DNA of 64,000 bases from an uncultured virus (IMG/VR IMGVR_UViG_2874854922_000002) (lineage: Duplodnaviria > Heunggongvirae > Uroviricota > Caudoviricetes): IMG/VR virus record IMGVR_UViG_2874854922_000002. One strand, 5' to 3'. The notes beneath the pieces were generated by a model. The model did no database searches and was not told the DNA's origin. It saw nothing but the letters and a program-made list of their open reading frames with translations. Position 1 is the stretch's first letter; the number at the start of each line of letters is the position of its first letter. Position numbers and translations under genes: made by a program. Positions 47,936 through 57,968 of the stretch are shown here, in pieces.

Positions 47936-48763
47936 ATGGCAAAAAAATCTAAGCGTTTTCGTATTGGGGTCGAAGGGGCCACTACTGACGGGCGCGTTAT
48001 TGAGCGTGAATGGCTCACCCAGATGGCGGCGAGCTATAACCCGCAGGTATACACCGCGCTGATCAATATGGAACACATCAAGGGCTTCACCCCTGATGGG
48101 CCTTTCCGTCGTTTTGGCATGGTGGAAAAGCTGGAAGCGGAAGAAATCACCGAAGGGGCATTATCCGGGAAAATGGCGCTGTATGGCTGGATTGCCCCGA
48201 CTGACGACCTGGTCACGATGACCAGCAACTGGCAGAAGCTTTTCACCTCAATGGAAGTTAACACCAGCTTTGCCGATACCGGCTCCGCTTATCTGGTTGG
48301 CCTGGCGATTACTGACGATCCGGCAAGCCTCGGCACTGAAATGCTGCAGTTCAGTGCCAGCGCAGAACATAACCCCCTGGCGCGCCGCAAGCTGGACAAA
48401 GACAACCTGTTTACCGCTGCTGTTGAAACGCTGATCGAGTTTGAGGACGTGCCGGAAAAAACCAGCCTGTTTACCCGCGTGAAAGAGCTGCTGTCCCGCA
48501 AAGGCGCCGATGATAACGCCCGCTTTGCTGATGTGAATCAGGCTGTTGAAACCATCGCGCGTGAGCATCAGACGCTGGCGGAGCAGGTCAGCACCCATCA
48601 AACCGATTTCAGCAACAAGCTGAGCGATATGCAGAAGGTTGTTGATGAGACAACCAACGCACTCTCCACCCTGCGTGAGCAGCTTTCCACTCAGGACAGC
48701 CGCAGCGAACGCCGCCCTAATGCGACCGGCAATAACGGCGCAGAACAAACCACCGATTGCTGA
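47936..48763 (+). CDS. O: Capsid scaffolding/protease
   Basis: FRIGVEGATTDGR, DDPASLGTE. Confidence 0.95.
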   Translation: MAKKSKRFRIGVEGATTDGRVIEREWLTQMAASYNPQVYTALINMEHIKGFTPDGPFRRFGMVEKLEAEEITEGALSGKMALYGWIAPTDDLVTMTSNWQKLFTSMEVNTSFADTGSAYLVGLAITDDPASLGTEMLQFSASAEHNPLARRKLDKDNLFTAAVETLIEFEDVPEKTSLFTRVKELLSRKGADDNARFADVNQAVETIAREHQTLAEQVSTHQTDFSNKLSDMQKVVDETTNALSTLREQLSTQDSRSERRPNATGNNGAEQTTDC

Positions 48764-48778
48764 TGGAGCAAAAGCACA

Positions 48779-49927
48779 ATGAAAAAAGAGACGCGTTTTA
48801 AATTTAACGGCTATCTGACGCAGCTCGCTACACTTAATGGCGTGCCTGTGAGCGGTATCACCTCAAAATATACGGCAGAGCCGTCCGTTGCGCAGACGCT
48901 GGAAACGAAAATCCAGGAGTCTTCCTCGTTCCTGCAGAAAATCAACATTATCCCGGTTGATGAGCAGTCCGGCGAACGTCTGGGGCTGGGGATTGGCGCC
49001 AGTATCGCCGGAAATACTGATACCACCCAGAAAGACCGTGAACCCGTTGATCCGACCTACATCGACGGTGAAGGGTACAAGTGTACCCAGACTAACTCTG
49101 ATACGGCGCTGCCTTATGCAAAACTGGATTTGTGGGCTAAATTCCAGGACTTCCAGACGCGCATCCGTGACGCCATCATTATTCGCCAGGCGCTTGACCG
49201 CATCATGATCGGCTTTAACGGCGTGAAGCGTGAAAAAACGTCAGACCGCAAGACCTATCCGCTGCTGCAGGATGTGAATATCGGGTGGCTGGAGAAAATC
49301 CGCCAGGAGAAACCCGTTCAGGTTCTGGACAAAATTGTGTCCGAGGGCGAGGTGGTTTCTCAGACTATCCGTGTCGGTAAAGGCGGCGATTTCCTGAATC
49401 TGGACGCGCTGGTTATGGGCGCCGTGAATGAGAAAATCGCGCCGTGGTATCAGGAAGATACAGAGCTTGTGGTTATCGTCGGGCGCCAGTTGCTGGCGGA
49501 TAAATATTTCCCGATCGTCAACCGCGACCAGCCAAACAGCGAAGCGATGGCGGCCGATCTCATCATCAGCCAGAAGCGTATCGGCAACCTCCCGGCCGTT
49601 CGCGCGCCGTTCTTCCCGGCTAACGCCATGCTGATCACCCGTCTGGATAACCTGTCTATTTACTGGCAAGCCGGTACCCGTCGTCGTTCGGTTATCGACA
49701 ATCCGAAGCGTGACCGCGTGGAAAACTACGAATCCGTTAACGAGGCGTATGTTGTCGAAGATTACGACGGCGTTTGCCTGGTTGAGAACATCGAGATGTT
49801 ACCAGCGCAGGCAGACGGCAATCCGGGCGCGGCGCTGACGGCTGAAAATATTCAGACCATCGTTGCTGCAGCAGTGCAGGGCGCGCTTGATGCTCAGAAT
49901 GCGGGCGGCACTGGCGCCGGAGCGTGA
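48779..49927 (+). CDS. N: Major capsid protein
   Basis: ETRFKFNGY, LLQDVNIGWL. Confidence 0.96.
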   Translation: MKKETRFKFNGYLTQLATLNGVPVSGITSKYTAEPSVAQTLETKIQESSSFLQKINIIPVDEQSGERLGLGIGASIAGNTDTTQKDREPVDPTYIDGEGYKCTQTNSDTALPYAKLDLWAKFQDFQTRIRDAIIIRQALDRIMIGFNGVKREKTSDRKTYPLLQDVNIGWLEKIRQEKPVQVLDKIVSEGEVVSQTIRVGKGGDFLNLDALVMGAVNEKIAPWYQEDTELVVIVGRQLLADKYFPIVNRDQPNSEAMAADLIISQKRIGNLPAVRAPFFPANAMLITRLDNLSIYWQAGTRRRSVIDNPKRDRVENYESVNEAYVVEDYDGVCLVENIEMLPAQADGNPGAALTAENIQTIVAAAVQGALDAQNAGGTGAGA

Positions 49928-49930
49928 TAA

Positions 49931-50584
49931 ATGAATCCGTTCCGTGCTCACACTCAGTATGTACAGGCACAGGATGCCGCCCGGCAGGGCGGCAGTAAAG
50001 CCAGTATGACGGGTTATAACCAGATGCTGTTACAGCTGACAGAACACCGCAGGCGCCTTAAAACCGTCCAGTCAAATGAGCGCAAGGCTCAGCTCAAACG
50101 TGAGTTTCTTCCCGCTTATGCCTCATGGATTGCCGGTTTGCTGGATGCTGACGCGTCAGGCCAGGACGACGTGGCGATGTACGTCATGATCTGGCGCATT
50201 GATGCCGGAGACTATACCGGCGCGCTGGACATTGCCCGTCATGCCATTAAACACGGCTGGGTCCTGCCGCAGCGCTTCAACCGGACCTGCGGGACCGCTG
50301 TTGCCGAAGAGTTTGCCGACGCGGCAATGCGCGCTTTTTCTGCCGGTGAATCATTCAATGCCGCCATTCTTACCCAGGTGCTCGATATCGTTGAAGGTCA
50401 GGATATGCCGGATCAGTCCCGCGCCCGACTTCATAAGGCGATGGGCTACGCGCTGCGGGATAACGATCAGGCAGTGGCGGCACTTAACCATCTGAAGCGT
50501 GCCCTGCAGCTGGATAACAGTTCTGGCGTCAAAACCGAAATCAACAAGCTTGAAAGCCGATTGCGACAGGCAATGTCGGCTTAA
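49931..50584 (+). CDS. M: Terminase endonuclease subunit
   Basis: WRIDAGD; synteny. Confidence 0.9.
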   Translation: MNPFRAHTQYVQAQDAARQGGSKASMTGYNQMLLQLTEHRRRLKTVQSNERKAQLKREFLPAYASWIAGLLDADASGQDDVAMYVMIWRIDAGDYTGALDIARHAIKHGWVLPQRFNRTCGTAVAEEFADAAMRAFSAGESFNAAILTQVLDIVEGQDMPDQSRARLHKAMGYALRDNDQAVAALNHLKRALQLDNSSGVKTEINKLESRLRQAMSA

Positions 50585-50682
50585 CGAATCGTGCCAACGC
50601 GCGGGGCGGCACGGGGTGGCGACAGGCTTTATGCCGCGTCAAAACCCCGTCCACCGCCCAACTATTTAGGAGTGCCAGAAAT

Positions 50683-51150
50683 ATGCAATTCGTTTCGCCG
50701 GAACAGGCCGGGGAAAGTACCCAGGACGTTATTAAAAACACCAGTTTCTGGCCTGATGTCAGGGTTTCAGAGTTCCGCCGTGATATGCGCATGGATGGGA
50801 GTGTCACCGATCCACGCCTGCGTCTGGCGTTGCTGACAGCGATTGCTGAAGTTAACGCCGATCTTTATGAGTTCCGCGAGAAACAACGGGCGCAGGGGTA
50901 TGCGAGCCTTGCCGACGTCCCTGCTGATGTGATCGACGGCGAAAGCCAGCGGCTCATGCTGTATCGCCGTGCGGTGTTTTGCTGGGCAAAAGCAAACCTG
51001 GTTGAGCGCTATCGCGATTTTGACGCAACCGGCGACGGTAGCAAGAAAGCCGAAGATATCGAAACAACCTTAGGCGAGCTGTGGCGCGATGTGCGCTGGG
51101 CGGAGTCCCGCCTGCGCGATATGCCACATATGACGGTGGAGCTGATTTGA
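50683..51150 (+). CDS. L: Head completion protein
   Basis: IKNTSFWPD...LWRDVRW. Confidence 0.9.
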   Translation: MQFVSPEQAGESTQDVIKNTSFWPDVRVSEFRRDMRMDGSVTDPRLRLALLTAIAEVNADLYEFREKQRAQGYASLADVPADVIDGESQRLMLYRRAVFCWAKANLVERYRDFDATGDGSKKAEDIETTLGELWRDVRWAESRLRDMPHMTVELI

Positions 51151-51353
51151 TGAAAGTGCGTGCGCATCAGTATGACACGGTGGACGCACTCTGCTGGCGC
51201 CATTACGGGCGCACGCAGGGAGTCACTGAACAGGTGCTGCAGGCGAATCCGGGGCTGGCTGAATATGGCCCCTTTTTACCGCACGGGCTGCAGGTGGAGC
51301 TGCCGGACATTACGGCGTCAACCACTGCGCAGACTGTCCAGTTATGGGACTGA
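51150..51353 (+). CDS. X: Tail protein X
   Basis: QYDTVDALCWRHYG...LWD. Confidence 0.92.
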   Translation: MKVRAHQYDTVDALCWRHYGRTQGVTEQVLQANPGLAEYGPFLPHGLQVELPDITASTTAQTVQLWD

Positions 51354-51356
51354 ACT

Positions 51357-51572
51357 ATGACGCTTGAACGAATCAGCGCCTTTATCACTTACTGCGTTGC
51401 CCTGCTTCTGGCATGGCTCGGCGATTTGTCTCTTAAAGATGTATCGACCATTACCGGTCTTGCGCTGGGGATTATTACTGCAGCGGTGACCTGTTATTTA
51501 CGCTGGAAAGCCTACCAGCTGCTGCGGGACGGCAGAATATCCAGGGGGGAATATGAGTCCTTCAATCGTTAA
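51357..51572 (+). CDS. Holin
   Basis: Small two-TM protein before endolysin. Confidence 0.85.
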   Translation: MTLERISAFITYCVALLLAWLGDLSLKDVSTITGLALGIITAAVTCYLRWKAYQLLRDGRISRGEYESFNR

Positions 51573-52068
51573 GCGTTGCCTGGTCGGCGCGGTGCTGGCG
51601 ATTGCCGCCACGCTGCCAGGCTTTCAGTCGCTTCATACCTCCGTTGAGGGGCTGAAACTGATTGCTGATTTCGAAGGGTGTCGCCTCCAGCCATACCAGT
51701 GCAGCGCCGGGGTATGGACTGACGGGATCGGCAATACGTCCGGGGTAGTACCGGGCAAAACCATAACGGAGCGACAGGCCGCGCAGGGGCTGATTAATAA
51801 CGTGTTGCTGACGGAAAAAAGGATTGAAGCCTGCCTGCAGGTTAAGCCACCTCAGCATGTTTACGATGCCCTGATCAGTATCGGTTTTAATGTCGGAACG
51901 GGGGCCATCTGCCGGTCAACAATGGTTTCTTACATCAATCGCCAGCAATGGTGGCAGGCGTGCAACCAGCTCCCCCGCTGGATTTATGTAAATGGTCAAC
52001 GGAATAAAGGGCTGGAAAACAGGCGCGCCCGTGAGCTTGCCTGGTGTCTTAAAGGGGCAGGGGCATGA
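51553..52068 (+). CDS. Endolysin, GH24 lysozyme
   Basis: FEGC...YQCSAGVWTDGIGNT. Confidence 0.93.
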   Translation: MSPSIVKRCLVGAVLAIAATLPGFQSLHTSVEGLKLIADFEGCRLQPYQCSAGVWTDGIGNTSGVVPGKTITERQAAQGLINNVLLTEKRIEACLQVKPPQHVYDALISIGFNVGTGAICRSTMVSYINRQQWWQACNQLPRWIYVNGQRNKGLENRRARELAWCLKGAGA

Positions 52069-52493
52069 CGCGCGCGCTGGCGGTGATCCTGGCTCTGGTG
52101 CTGGCATTGCTGGGCTGGCAGTCATGGCGGCTTAACAATGCCGGTCACACCATCGGGACGCAGGCTGAGGCGCTTAAAAAGAACAAGCAGGAGCTGGCGA
52201 AGAAAAACAGCCAGCTCATCAGCCTGTCCATTCTTACCGAAACCAACAGCCGGGCGCAGATGCAACTTTATGCTGCAGCGGAGGAGACTTCCTCGCTGTT
52301 GCGGAGTCGCCAGCGCCGGATCGAGGAGCTAAAACGTGAAAACGAGGATTTACGCCGCTGGGCTGACACTCCTTTGCCTGCTGACATTATCCGGCTGCGG
52401 GAGCGCCCGGCCCTCGCCGGAGGTGCAGCTTACCGTGAGTGGTTGTCCAAAAGTGACGCAATGCCGCCTGGACAGGTCAGCGCCGCGCAGTAA
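52065..52493 (+). CDS. lysB: i-spanin
   Basis: TM plus coiled coil, LPADIIRL. Confidence 0.88.
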   Translation: MTRALAVILALVLALLGWQSWRLNNAGHTIGTQAEALKKNKQELAKKNSQLISLSILTETNSRAQMQLYAAAEETSSLLRSRQRRIEELKRENEDLRRWADTPLPADIIRLRERPALAGGAAYREWLSKSDAMPPGQVSAAQ

Positions 52494-52626
52494 TGGGGAT
52501 TTGAACCAGGTGCTGGATGAGACTGAGGCCGCCTGGGCAGTATGTGCCGACAAAGTGGACACGATCATAGCGTGTCAGGAGCGAGACAGTGAACAAGCCG
52601 CAGTCCTTACGCAACGCCCTGAATAA
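52336..52626 (+). CDS. lysC: o-spanin
   Basis: Lipobox LSGC, overlaps lysB. Confidence 0.85.
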   Translation: MKTRIYAAGLTLLCLLTLSGCGSARPSPEVQLTVSGCPKVTQCRLDRSAPRSNGDLNQVLDETEAAWAVCADKVDTIIACQERDSEQAAVLTQRPE

Positions 52627-53020
52627 ATCGGTGGCGTATGTCCGTGACAACCCGGACAAACTGCACCTTTTTGTTGATAACGGTTCGCTGGTCGCAACCG
52701 GCGCCCGTTCAATGTCATGGGAATATCGCTACACCCTGAATGTGGTGATTGAAGACTTTAGCGGCAACCAGAATTTAGTGATGGCGCCCGTATTGCTCTG
52801 GTTAATGACCAATCAACCGGACGCTATCAACAACCCGGAGCTGCGCGAAAAACTTTTTACCTTTGACGTCGATATCCTGAGCAACGATCTGTGTGATATC
52901 AGCCTCAATCTGCAGCTCACGGAGCGCGTGATTGTCAGCACAGACGGCACCGTATCGAGCGTTGAAGCGGTGCCGGAACCCGACGTACCCGAAGAAATGT
53001 GGACGGTGAAACGTGGATGA
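52589..53020 (+). CDS. R: Tail completion R
   Basis: NKPQSLRNAL...LQLTER. Confidence 0.9.
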   Translation: MNKPQSLRNALNKSVAYVRDNPDKLHLFVDNGSLVATGARSMSWEYRYTLNVVIEDFSGNQNLVMAPVLLWLMTNQPDAINNPELREKLFTFDVDILSNDLCDISLNLQLTERVIVSTDGTVSSVEAVPEPDVPEEMWTVKRG

Positions 53021-53459
53021 CCTGCAAAGGGTGGATGACTGGCTGGCGGCCCTGCTGGCGAATCTGGAACCGGCAGTCCGCAACCGTATGATGCGACAGC
53101 TGGCGCAGGAGCTGCGCCGGTCGCAACAGCAAAATATCAGGCTGCAGCGCAATCCAGACGGCACCACCTTTGAGCCGCGCCGGGTGACGGCCAGAAGTAA
53201 AAAGGGGCGCATCAAGCGCCAGATGTTCGCCAAATTGCGCACCACTAAATACCTGAAAGCCTCAGCCACTGCGGACTCTGCCAGCGTGCAGTTTGAGGGT
53301 AAAGTCCAGCGCATCGCCCGTGTTCACCATTATGGTCTGCGTGATCGAGTCAGACGCAACGGCCCGGAGGCCCGGTACCCGGCACGCCGTCTTTTGGGCG
53401 TGAATGATGAGGTAGAAACCATCACCCGTGACACGCTGTTGCGCTGGCTGTCGGAGTGA
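53013..53459 (+). CDS. S: Tail completion S
   Basis: QRNPDGT, ARVHHYG. Confidence 0.92.
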   Translation: MDDLQRVDDWLAALLANLEPAVRNRMMRQLAQELRRSQQQNIRLQRNPDGTTFEPRRVTARSKKGRIKRQMFAKLRTTKYLKASATADSASVQFEGKVQRIARVHHYGLRDRVRRNGPEARYPARRLLGVNDEVETITRDTLLRWLSE

Positions 53460-53463
53460 AATT

Positions 53464-53481
53464 TGTGTCACGGACGGCACA
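53464..53481 (+). promoter_or_regulatory. Late promoter activator site for V
   Basis: TGT-GTCACGGACGGC-ACA; CAACCT 34 nt downstream. Confidence 0.75.
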
Positions 53482-53527
53482 AAACCCAACGCTGCCTCCC
53501 TTTTCCCTCTGATGGCAACCTTTCGTT

Positions 53528-54106
53528 ATGAACGCACAACTAACCGAAATCATGCGCCTTATCACCAACCTGATCCGCACCGGCACCGTAACCGAAGTGG
53601 ACCGGGAAAACTGGCTGTGCCGGGTGAAAGTGGGCGAGCTTGAAACCAACTGGATTAACTGGCTGACACTGCGCGCAGGCGGTGCCCGTACATGGTGGTG
53701 CCCGTCGCCGGATGAGCAGGTGGTGGTGCTGAGTATGGGCGGCAATCTTGAAACCGCTTTTGCCTTACCTGCGATCTATTCCAACCAGTTCGCCCCGCCG
53801 TCGGACTCTGTGGACGGCTCCGTAACGGAATACCCGGACGGTGGCTGGTTTGAATATGAACCAGCGACCGGCCGCTGGCATGTGCGGGGCATCAAATCCA
53901 TGGTGATCGAGGCTGCAGATAACATAACCCTGAAAACGGGGGAATTTGTGGTGGAAGCAAGCAACACGCGCATAAACAGCGAAGTGGTGATCAATGGTGG
54001 CGTCACCCAGGGCGGCGGCGCCATGAGTTCTAACGGGATCGTAGTCGATAAACACGGTCATACCGGCGTTAAATCCGGCGGTGATACATCGGGAGGCCCG
54101 GTATGA
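53528..54106 (+). CDS. V: Baseplate spike
   Basis: NLIRTGTV, C-terminal HGHTGV. Confidence 0.94.
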   Translation: MNAQLTEIMRLITNLIRTGTVTEVDRENWLCRVKVGELETNWINWLTLRAGGARTWWCPSPDEQVVVLSMGGNLETAFALPAIYSNQFAPPSDSVDGSVTEYPDGGWFEYEPATGRWHVRGIKSMVIEAADNITLKTGEFVVEASNTRINSEVVINGGVTQGGGAMSSNGIVVDKHGHTGVKSGGDTSGGPV

Positions 54107-54462
54107 CGCTGTATATCGGCATGAGTCAGGGCAACGGCAGGGCCATTACCGACACGGACCACCTGCGCCAGTCGGTCCGGGATATTCTGCTGACCCCGCA
54201 GGGGAGCCGCATTGCCCGGAGGGAATACGGCTCGCTTCTGTCTGAACTGATAGACCAGCCGCAGAACCCGGCGCTGCGCCTGCAGGTTATGTCTGCGGTC
54301 TATGTGGCTCTGAGTCGCTGGGAGCCACGGCTTACCCTGGATTCCATCACCATAAACAGCAGTTTTGATGGTTCGATGGTGGTTGAGCTTACCGGGCAGC
54401 GTGATAACGGCGCGCCGGTTTCACTTTCGGTATCAACAGGAGCAGACAATGGCAGTCATTGA
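54103..54462 (+). CDS. W: Baseplate W
   Basis: DILLTPQGSRIARREYGS. Confidence 0.94.
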   Translation: MTLYIGMSQGNGRAITDTDHLRQSVRDILLTPQGSRIARREYGSLLSELIDQPQNPALRLQVMSAVYVALSRWEPRLTLDSITINSSFDGSMVVELTGQRDNGAPVSLSVSTGADNGSH

Positions 54463-55357
54463 CCTTTCCCAGCTGCCCGCCCCGCAGATAGTGGATGTGC
54501 CAGATTTTGAAACGCTGCTAAACGAACGGAAAGCCGCGTTTGTAGCCCTTTATCCGGCAGACGAGCAGGACGCGGTAAGGCGCACGCTTGAGCTGGAGTC
54601 TGAACCCGTGACCAAGCTCCTGCAGGAAAATGCATATCGTGAAATCCTCCTGCGTCAGCGCATTAACGAGGCGGCGCAGGCGGTCATGGTGGCTTATTCC
54701 ATGGGGAGTGATCTCGATCAGCTGGCCGGTAACTGCAACGTAAAACGTCTGACGGTTATTCCTGCAGATAACGACGCGGTACCGCCGGTTGCTGCCGTGA
54801 TGGAAAGTGACGAGGCTCTGCGTCAGCGTGTTCCTGCAGCTTTTGAAGGGCTGTCAGTTGCAGGCCCAACGGGAGCTTACGAGTTTCACGCTAAAAGCGC
54901 TGACGGGCGAGTGGCTGACGCCAGCGCAACCAGCCCGGCCCCGGCGGAGGTGGTGCTTACTGTGCTGAGCCGTGAGGGCGACGGAACGGCTGCGGCGGAT
55001 CTGCTGGCTGTGGTTGAACAGGCGCTTAACAGTGAGAACGTGCGGCCGGTTGCTGACCGTCTGACGGTGCGCAGCGCTGAAATCATTCCGTACAGCGTGG
55101 ATGCGACGATCTTTCTTTACCCTGGGCCAGAAGCTGAGCCGGTGATGGAGGCGGCAAAAGCCAGCCTGCAGAAATATATCGCCAGCCAGACGAGGCTGGG
55201 GCGTGATATTCGCCGCAGTGCTATTTATGCCGCGCTGCATGTTGAGGGTGTGCAGCGTGTTGAACTGGCCTCGCCGCTCGCTGATGTGGTGCTGGATAAG
55301 ACACAAGCCGCTTCATGTACGGAATGGAGCGTAACCAACGGGGGAACGGATGAATAG
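54449..55357 (+). CDS. J: Baseplate J
   Basis: IDLSQLPAP, VRPVADR. Confidence 0.95.
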   Translation: MAVIDLSQLPAPQIVDVPDFETLLNERKAAFVALYPADEQDAVRRTLELESEPVTKLLQENAYREILLRQRINEAAQAVMVAYSMGSDLDQLAGNCNVKRLTVIPADNDAVPPVAAVMESDEALRQRVPAAFEGLSVAGPTGAYEFHAKSADGRVADASATSPAPAEVVLTVLSREGDGTAAADLLAVVEQALNSENVRPVADRLTVRSAEIIPYSVDATIFLYPGPEAEPVMEAAKASLQKYIASQTRLGRDIRRSAIYAALHVEGVQRVELASPLADVVLDKTQAASCTEWSVTNGGTDE

Positions 55358-55955
55358 CCTGCTTCCTCCTGGTTCATCGCCGCTTGAGCGCCGCCTGGCT
55401 CAGACCTGCAGCGGAATTTCCGATCTGCAGGTGCCGCTGCGGGATTTATGGAACCCGGCAACATGCCCGGTCAAGTTTCTGCCGTATCTGGCGTGGGCCT
55501 TTTCGGTTGATCGCTGGGACGAAGGATGGGCGGAGAGCGTGAAGCGCCGTGTGGTGCAGGATGCTTTCTATATCCATCAGCACAAGGGCACAACCAGTGC
55601 TGTGCGGCGTGTGGTGGAGCCGTTCGGCTTTCTGATCCGCATTATTGAATGGTGGCAGACCGGCGAGGCGCCGGGCACGTTTCGCCTGGATATCGGGGTG
55701 CAGGACCAGGGCATAACAGAGGAAACCTATCTGGAGCTGGAGCGCCTGATTGGTGACGCCAAACCCTGCAGCCGGCATCTGATCGGCATGTCCATAAACC
55801 TGCAGACGAGCGGACCATATTTCGTTGGGGCTGCCACTTACACCGGCGAAGAAATCACGATTTACCCGTATATCAACGAAACCATCATTTCCGGTGGCTC
55901 TGCCTACGAGGGCGGCGCCGTCCATGTTATCGACACAATGAGAGTGAACCCATGA
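55350..55955 (+). CDS. I: Tail protein I
   Basis: LPYLAWAFSVDRW, HKGT. Confidence 0.94.
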   Translation: MNSLLPPGSSPLERRLAQTCSGISDLQVPLRDLWNPATCPVKFLPYLAWAFSVDRWDEGWAESVKRRVVQDAFYIHQHKGTTSAVRRVVEPFGFLIRIIEWWQTGEAPGTFRLDIGVQDQGITEETYLELERLIGDAKPCSRHLIGMSINLQTSGPYFVGAATYTGEEITIYPYINETIISGGSAYEGGAVHVIDTMRVNP

Positions 55956-57343
55956 GCGCAAAATTTTATACCCTGCTGACGGATATTGGCGCGGCGAAAC
56001 TGGCAAGCGCTGCCGCGCTCGGTGTGCCGCTGAAAATTACCCAGATGGCGGTGGGGGATGGCGGCGGCGTGCTTCCAACTCCCAGCGCACAACAGACGAA
56101 GCTGGTTTCCGAAAAGCGGCGCGCTGACCTGAACATGCTTTACATCGATCCGCAGAACAGCAGCCAGATCATTGCTGAGCAGGTGATTCCTGAAACTGAG
56201 GGCGGTTGGTGGATTCGTGAAGTTGGGCTGTTCGATGAAACGGGCGCGCTGATCGCAGTGGGAAACTGCCCGGAGAGCTACAAACCGCAGCTGGCAGAAG
56301 GGAGCGGCCGCACGCAAACAGTGCGCATGGTACTGATTACCAGCAGCACCGATAACATTACGCTGAAAATTGACCCGTCCGTAGTGCTGGCTACCCGCAA
56401 ATATGTGGATGACAAGGTGCTGGAACTGAAGGTGTATGTAGATGAGCTGATGGCGGCGCATCTTGCTGCAGCTGATCCGCATACGCAATATGCGCCAAAA
56501 GCCAGCCCGACGTTTACCGGCACCCCAAAAGCCCCGACTGCAGCTGCAGGTAACAATACCACTCAGCTTGCCACAACTGCGTTTGTTCAGGCGGCTCTGA
56601 TCGCCTTGGTGAATGGTGCCCCGGCTACACTGGACACGCTGAAAGAAATTGCTGCGGCTATCAACAACGATCCTAATTTCAGCACCACCATTAATAACGC
56701 GCTTGCACTCAAAGCCCCACTGGCAAGCCCGGCCCTGACCGGAACGCCGACAGCCCCCACGGCTGCGCAGACTGTCAACAATACGCAAATAGCCACTACT
56801 GCTTTCGTAAAATCAGCTCTGGCTGCGCTTGTTGGCTCATCACCTGCGGCGCTTGATACCCTGAACGAGCTGGCGGCGGCGTTAGGAAACGATCCTAACT
56901 TTGCAACCACCATGACAAATGCGCTGGCAGGCAAGCAGCCGCTGGATAGCACGCTGACAACTTTGTCTGGAAAAACCGCAGATGGGATTATCGAATACCT
57001 TCGTTTGGGAGAAGCGGCAAAAATGGAGGCGGCCACCGCCCAGATCGGTGCTAATGGCTGGCTATATATTCCCGTTTCTGGCGGCAAAAAAATGCTGCTG
57101 CAGTGGGGGCTTTTAACCGGTGCGAGTAATTATTCTTTTAAATTCCCAATTGCATTTCCCGTAGGTGGTTTATGCCTGGTTGCAATGGCCCATACAACTG
57201 ATTCCGCTGATGTGAGCATGGTAACTATGACTAATGGATTTATCAGGGATAAAACCAGCGCGTTTGCTTTGTGCGCCAGAACAGTGAACGGCGTGCAGCA
57301 ACCTTTTGAACGTAGCGTTTACTGGGTCGCTGTTGGCTACTGA
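55952..57343 (+). CDS. H: Tail fibre: constant part plus currently fused variable cassette A
   Basis: P2 H N-terminus, two SP..TGTP.APT...LDTL.E repeats, crossover site at IIEYLRLGE, QWG...WVAVGY tip. Confidence 0.94.
   Translation: MSAKFYTLLTDIGAAKLASAAALGVPLKITQMAVGDGGGVLPTPSAQQTKLVSEKRRADLNMLYIDPQNSSQIIAEQVIPETEGGWWIREVGLFDETGALIAVGNCPESYKPQLAEGSGRTQTVRMVLITSSTDNITLKIDPSVVLATRKYVDDKVLELKVYVDELMAAHLAAADPHTQYAPKASPTFTGTPKAPTAAAGNNTTQLATTAFVQAALIALVNGAPATLDTLKEIAAAINNDPNFSTTINNALALKAPLASPALTGTPTAPTAAQTVNNTQIATTAFVKSALAALVGSSPAALDTLNELAAALGNDPNFATTMTNALAGKQPLDSTLTTLSGKTADGIIEYLRLGEAAKMEAATAQIGANGWLYIPVSGGKKMLLQWGLLTGASNYSFKFPIAFPVGGLCLVAMAHTTDSADVSMVTMTNGFIRDKTSAFALCARTVNGVQQPFERSVYWVAVGY
56988..57013 (+). 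repeat. Invertase crossover site A (gix/cix-like)
   Basis: TTATCGAATACC-TT-CGTTTGGGAGAA, 12-2-12 layout. Confidence 0.85.
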
Positions 57344-57354
57344 CGTCAAAAAAA

Positions 57355-57412
57355 TGTGTGATTACTGACACATGGTAGCTAGATAATTATTTTACGAAAC
57401 CGCACTTACGAT
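57355..57412 (+). promoter_or_regulatory. Ogr-type late promoter for the chaperone inside the invertible segment
   Basis: TGT-GTGATTACTGAC-ACA (57355-57372); TACGAT at 57407-57412. Confidence 0.7.
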
Positions 57413-57438
57413 CTGAGTCTCAAACTAAGGAGTGCGTT

Positions 57439-57912
57439 ATGAACTATTGGTTTAGCCCTGCAAATAATGCTTTTTACCCCGTAGCTTTAAAGGAGTCTTA
57501 TGTAAATGCAGGTAGTCTTCCTAATGATTTAATCGAAGTGGAGGATAGTGTTTTTAGCGAATTTTCCGCGACGCCACCAGAAGGGAAATTGCGTGGCATT
57601 GGATCTGATGGTTTTCCGATCTGGATTGATATTCCCATTGTGGAAGAAAGCCCGGAACAAATCCAGGCACGCGCCCGTGCTTTGCGGGATGAATTCATCG
57701 TCAGTACAGATCGAATGCTTGTTTCTGATTACACTATCAACAATGTTTTATTAACCTCTGAGCAGCAAGCGGAACTTTTGGATGTAAGGCAAAAGTTTAA
57801 AGTTTGGCCTGAGAGTGAGGGTTGGCCGGACATAGCGTTGCCTGCGATACCTCAATGGATTCTCATTGAGGCAGTAAACAACGGTTACGTAGTAAAAAAT
57901 TGGCCTGAGTGA
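57439..57912 (+). CDS. Tail fibre assembly chaperone-like protein
   Basis: YWFSPANNAFY...PEGK.RG..SDGFP.W...WPE; TAAGGAG RBS. Confidence 0.85.
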   Translation: MNYWFSPANNAFYPVALKESYVNAGSLPNDLIEVEDSVFSEFSATPPEGKLRGIGSDGFPIWIDIPIVEESPEQIQARARALRDEFIVSTDRMLVSDYTINNVLLTSEQQAELLDVRQKFKVWPESEGWPDIALPAIPQWILIEAVNNGYVVKNWPE

Positions 57913-57940
57913 AATAAAGCCCCGTAAGGGCTTTATTTTT
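57913..57940. terminator. Bidirectional terminator
   Basis: AAATAAAGCCC-CGTAA-GGGCTTTATTTTT. Confidence 0.85.
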
Positions 57941-57968
57941 ATACAGTCGGGTTAGCTACAGGATTAAA

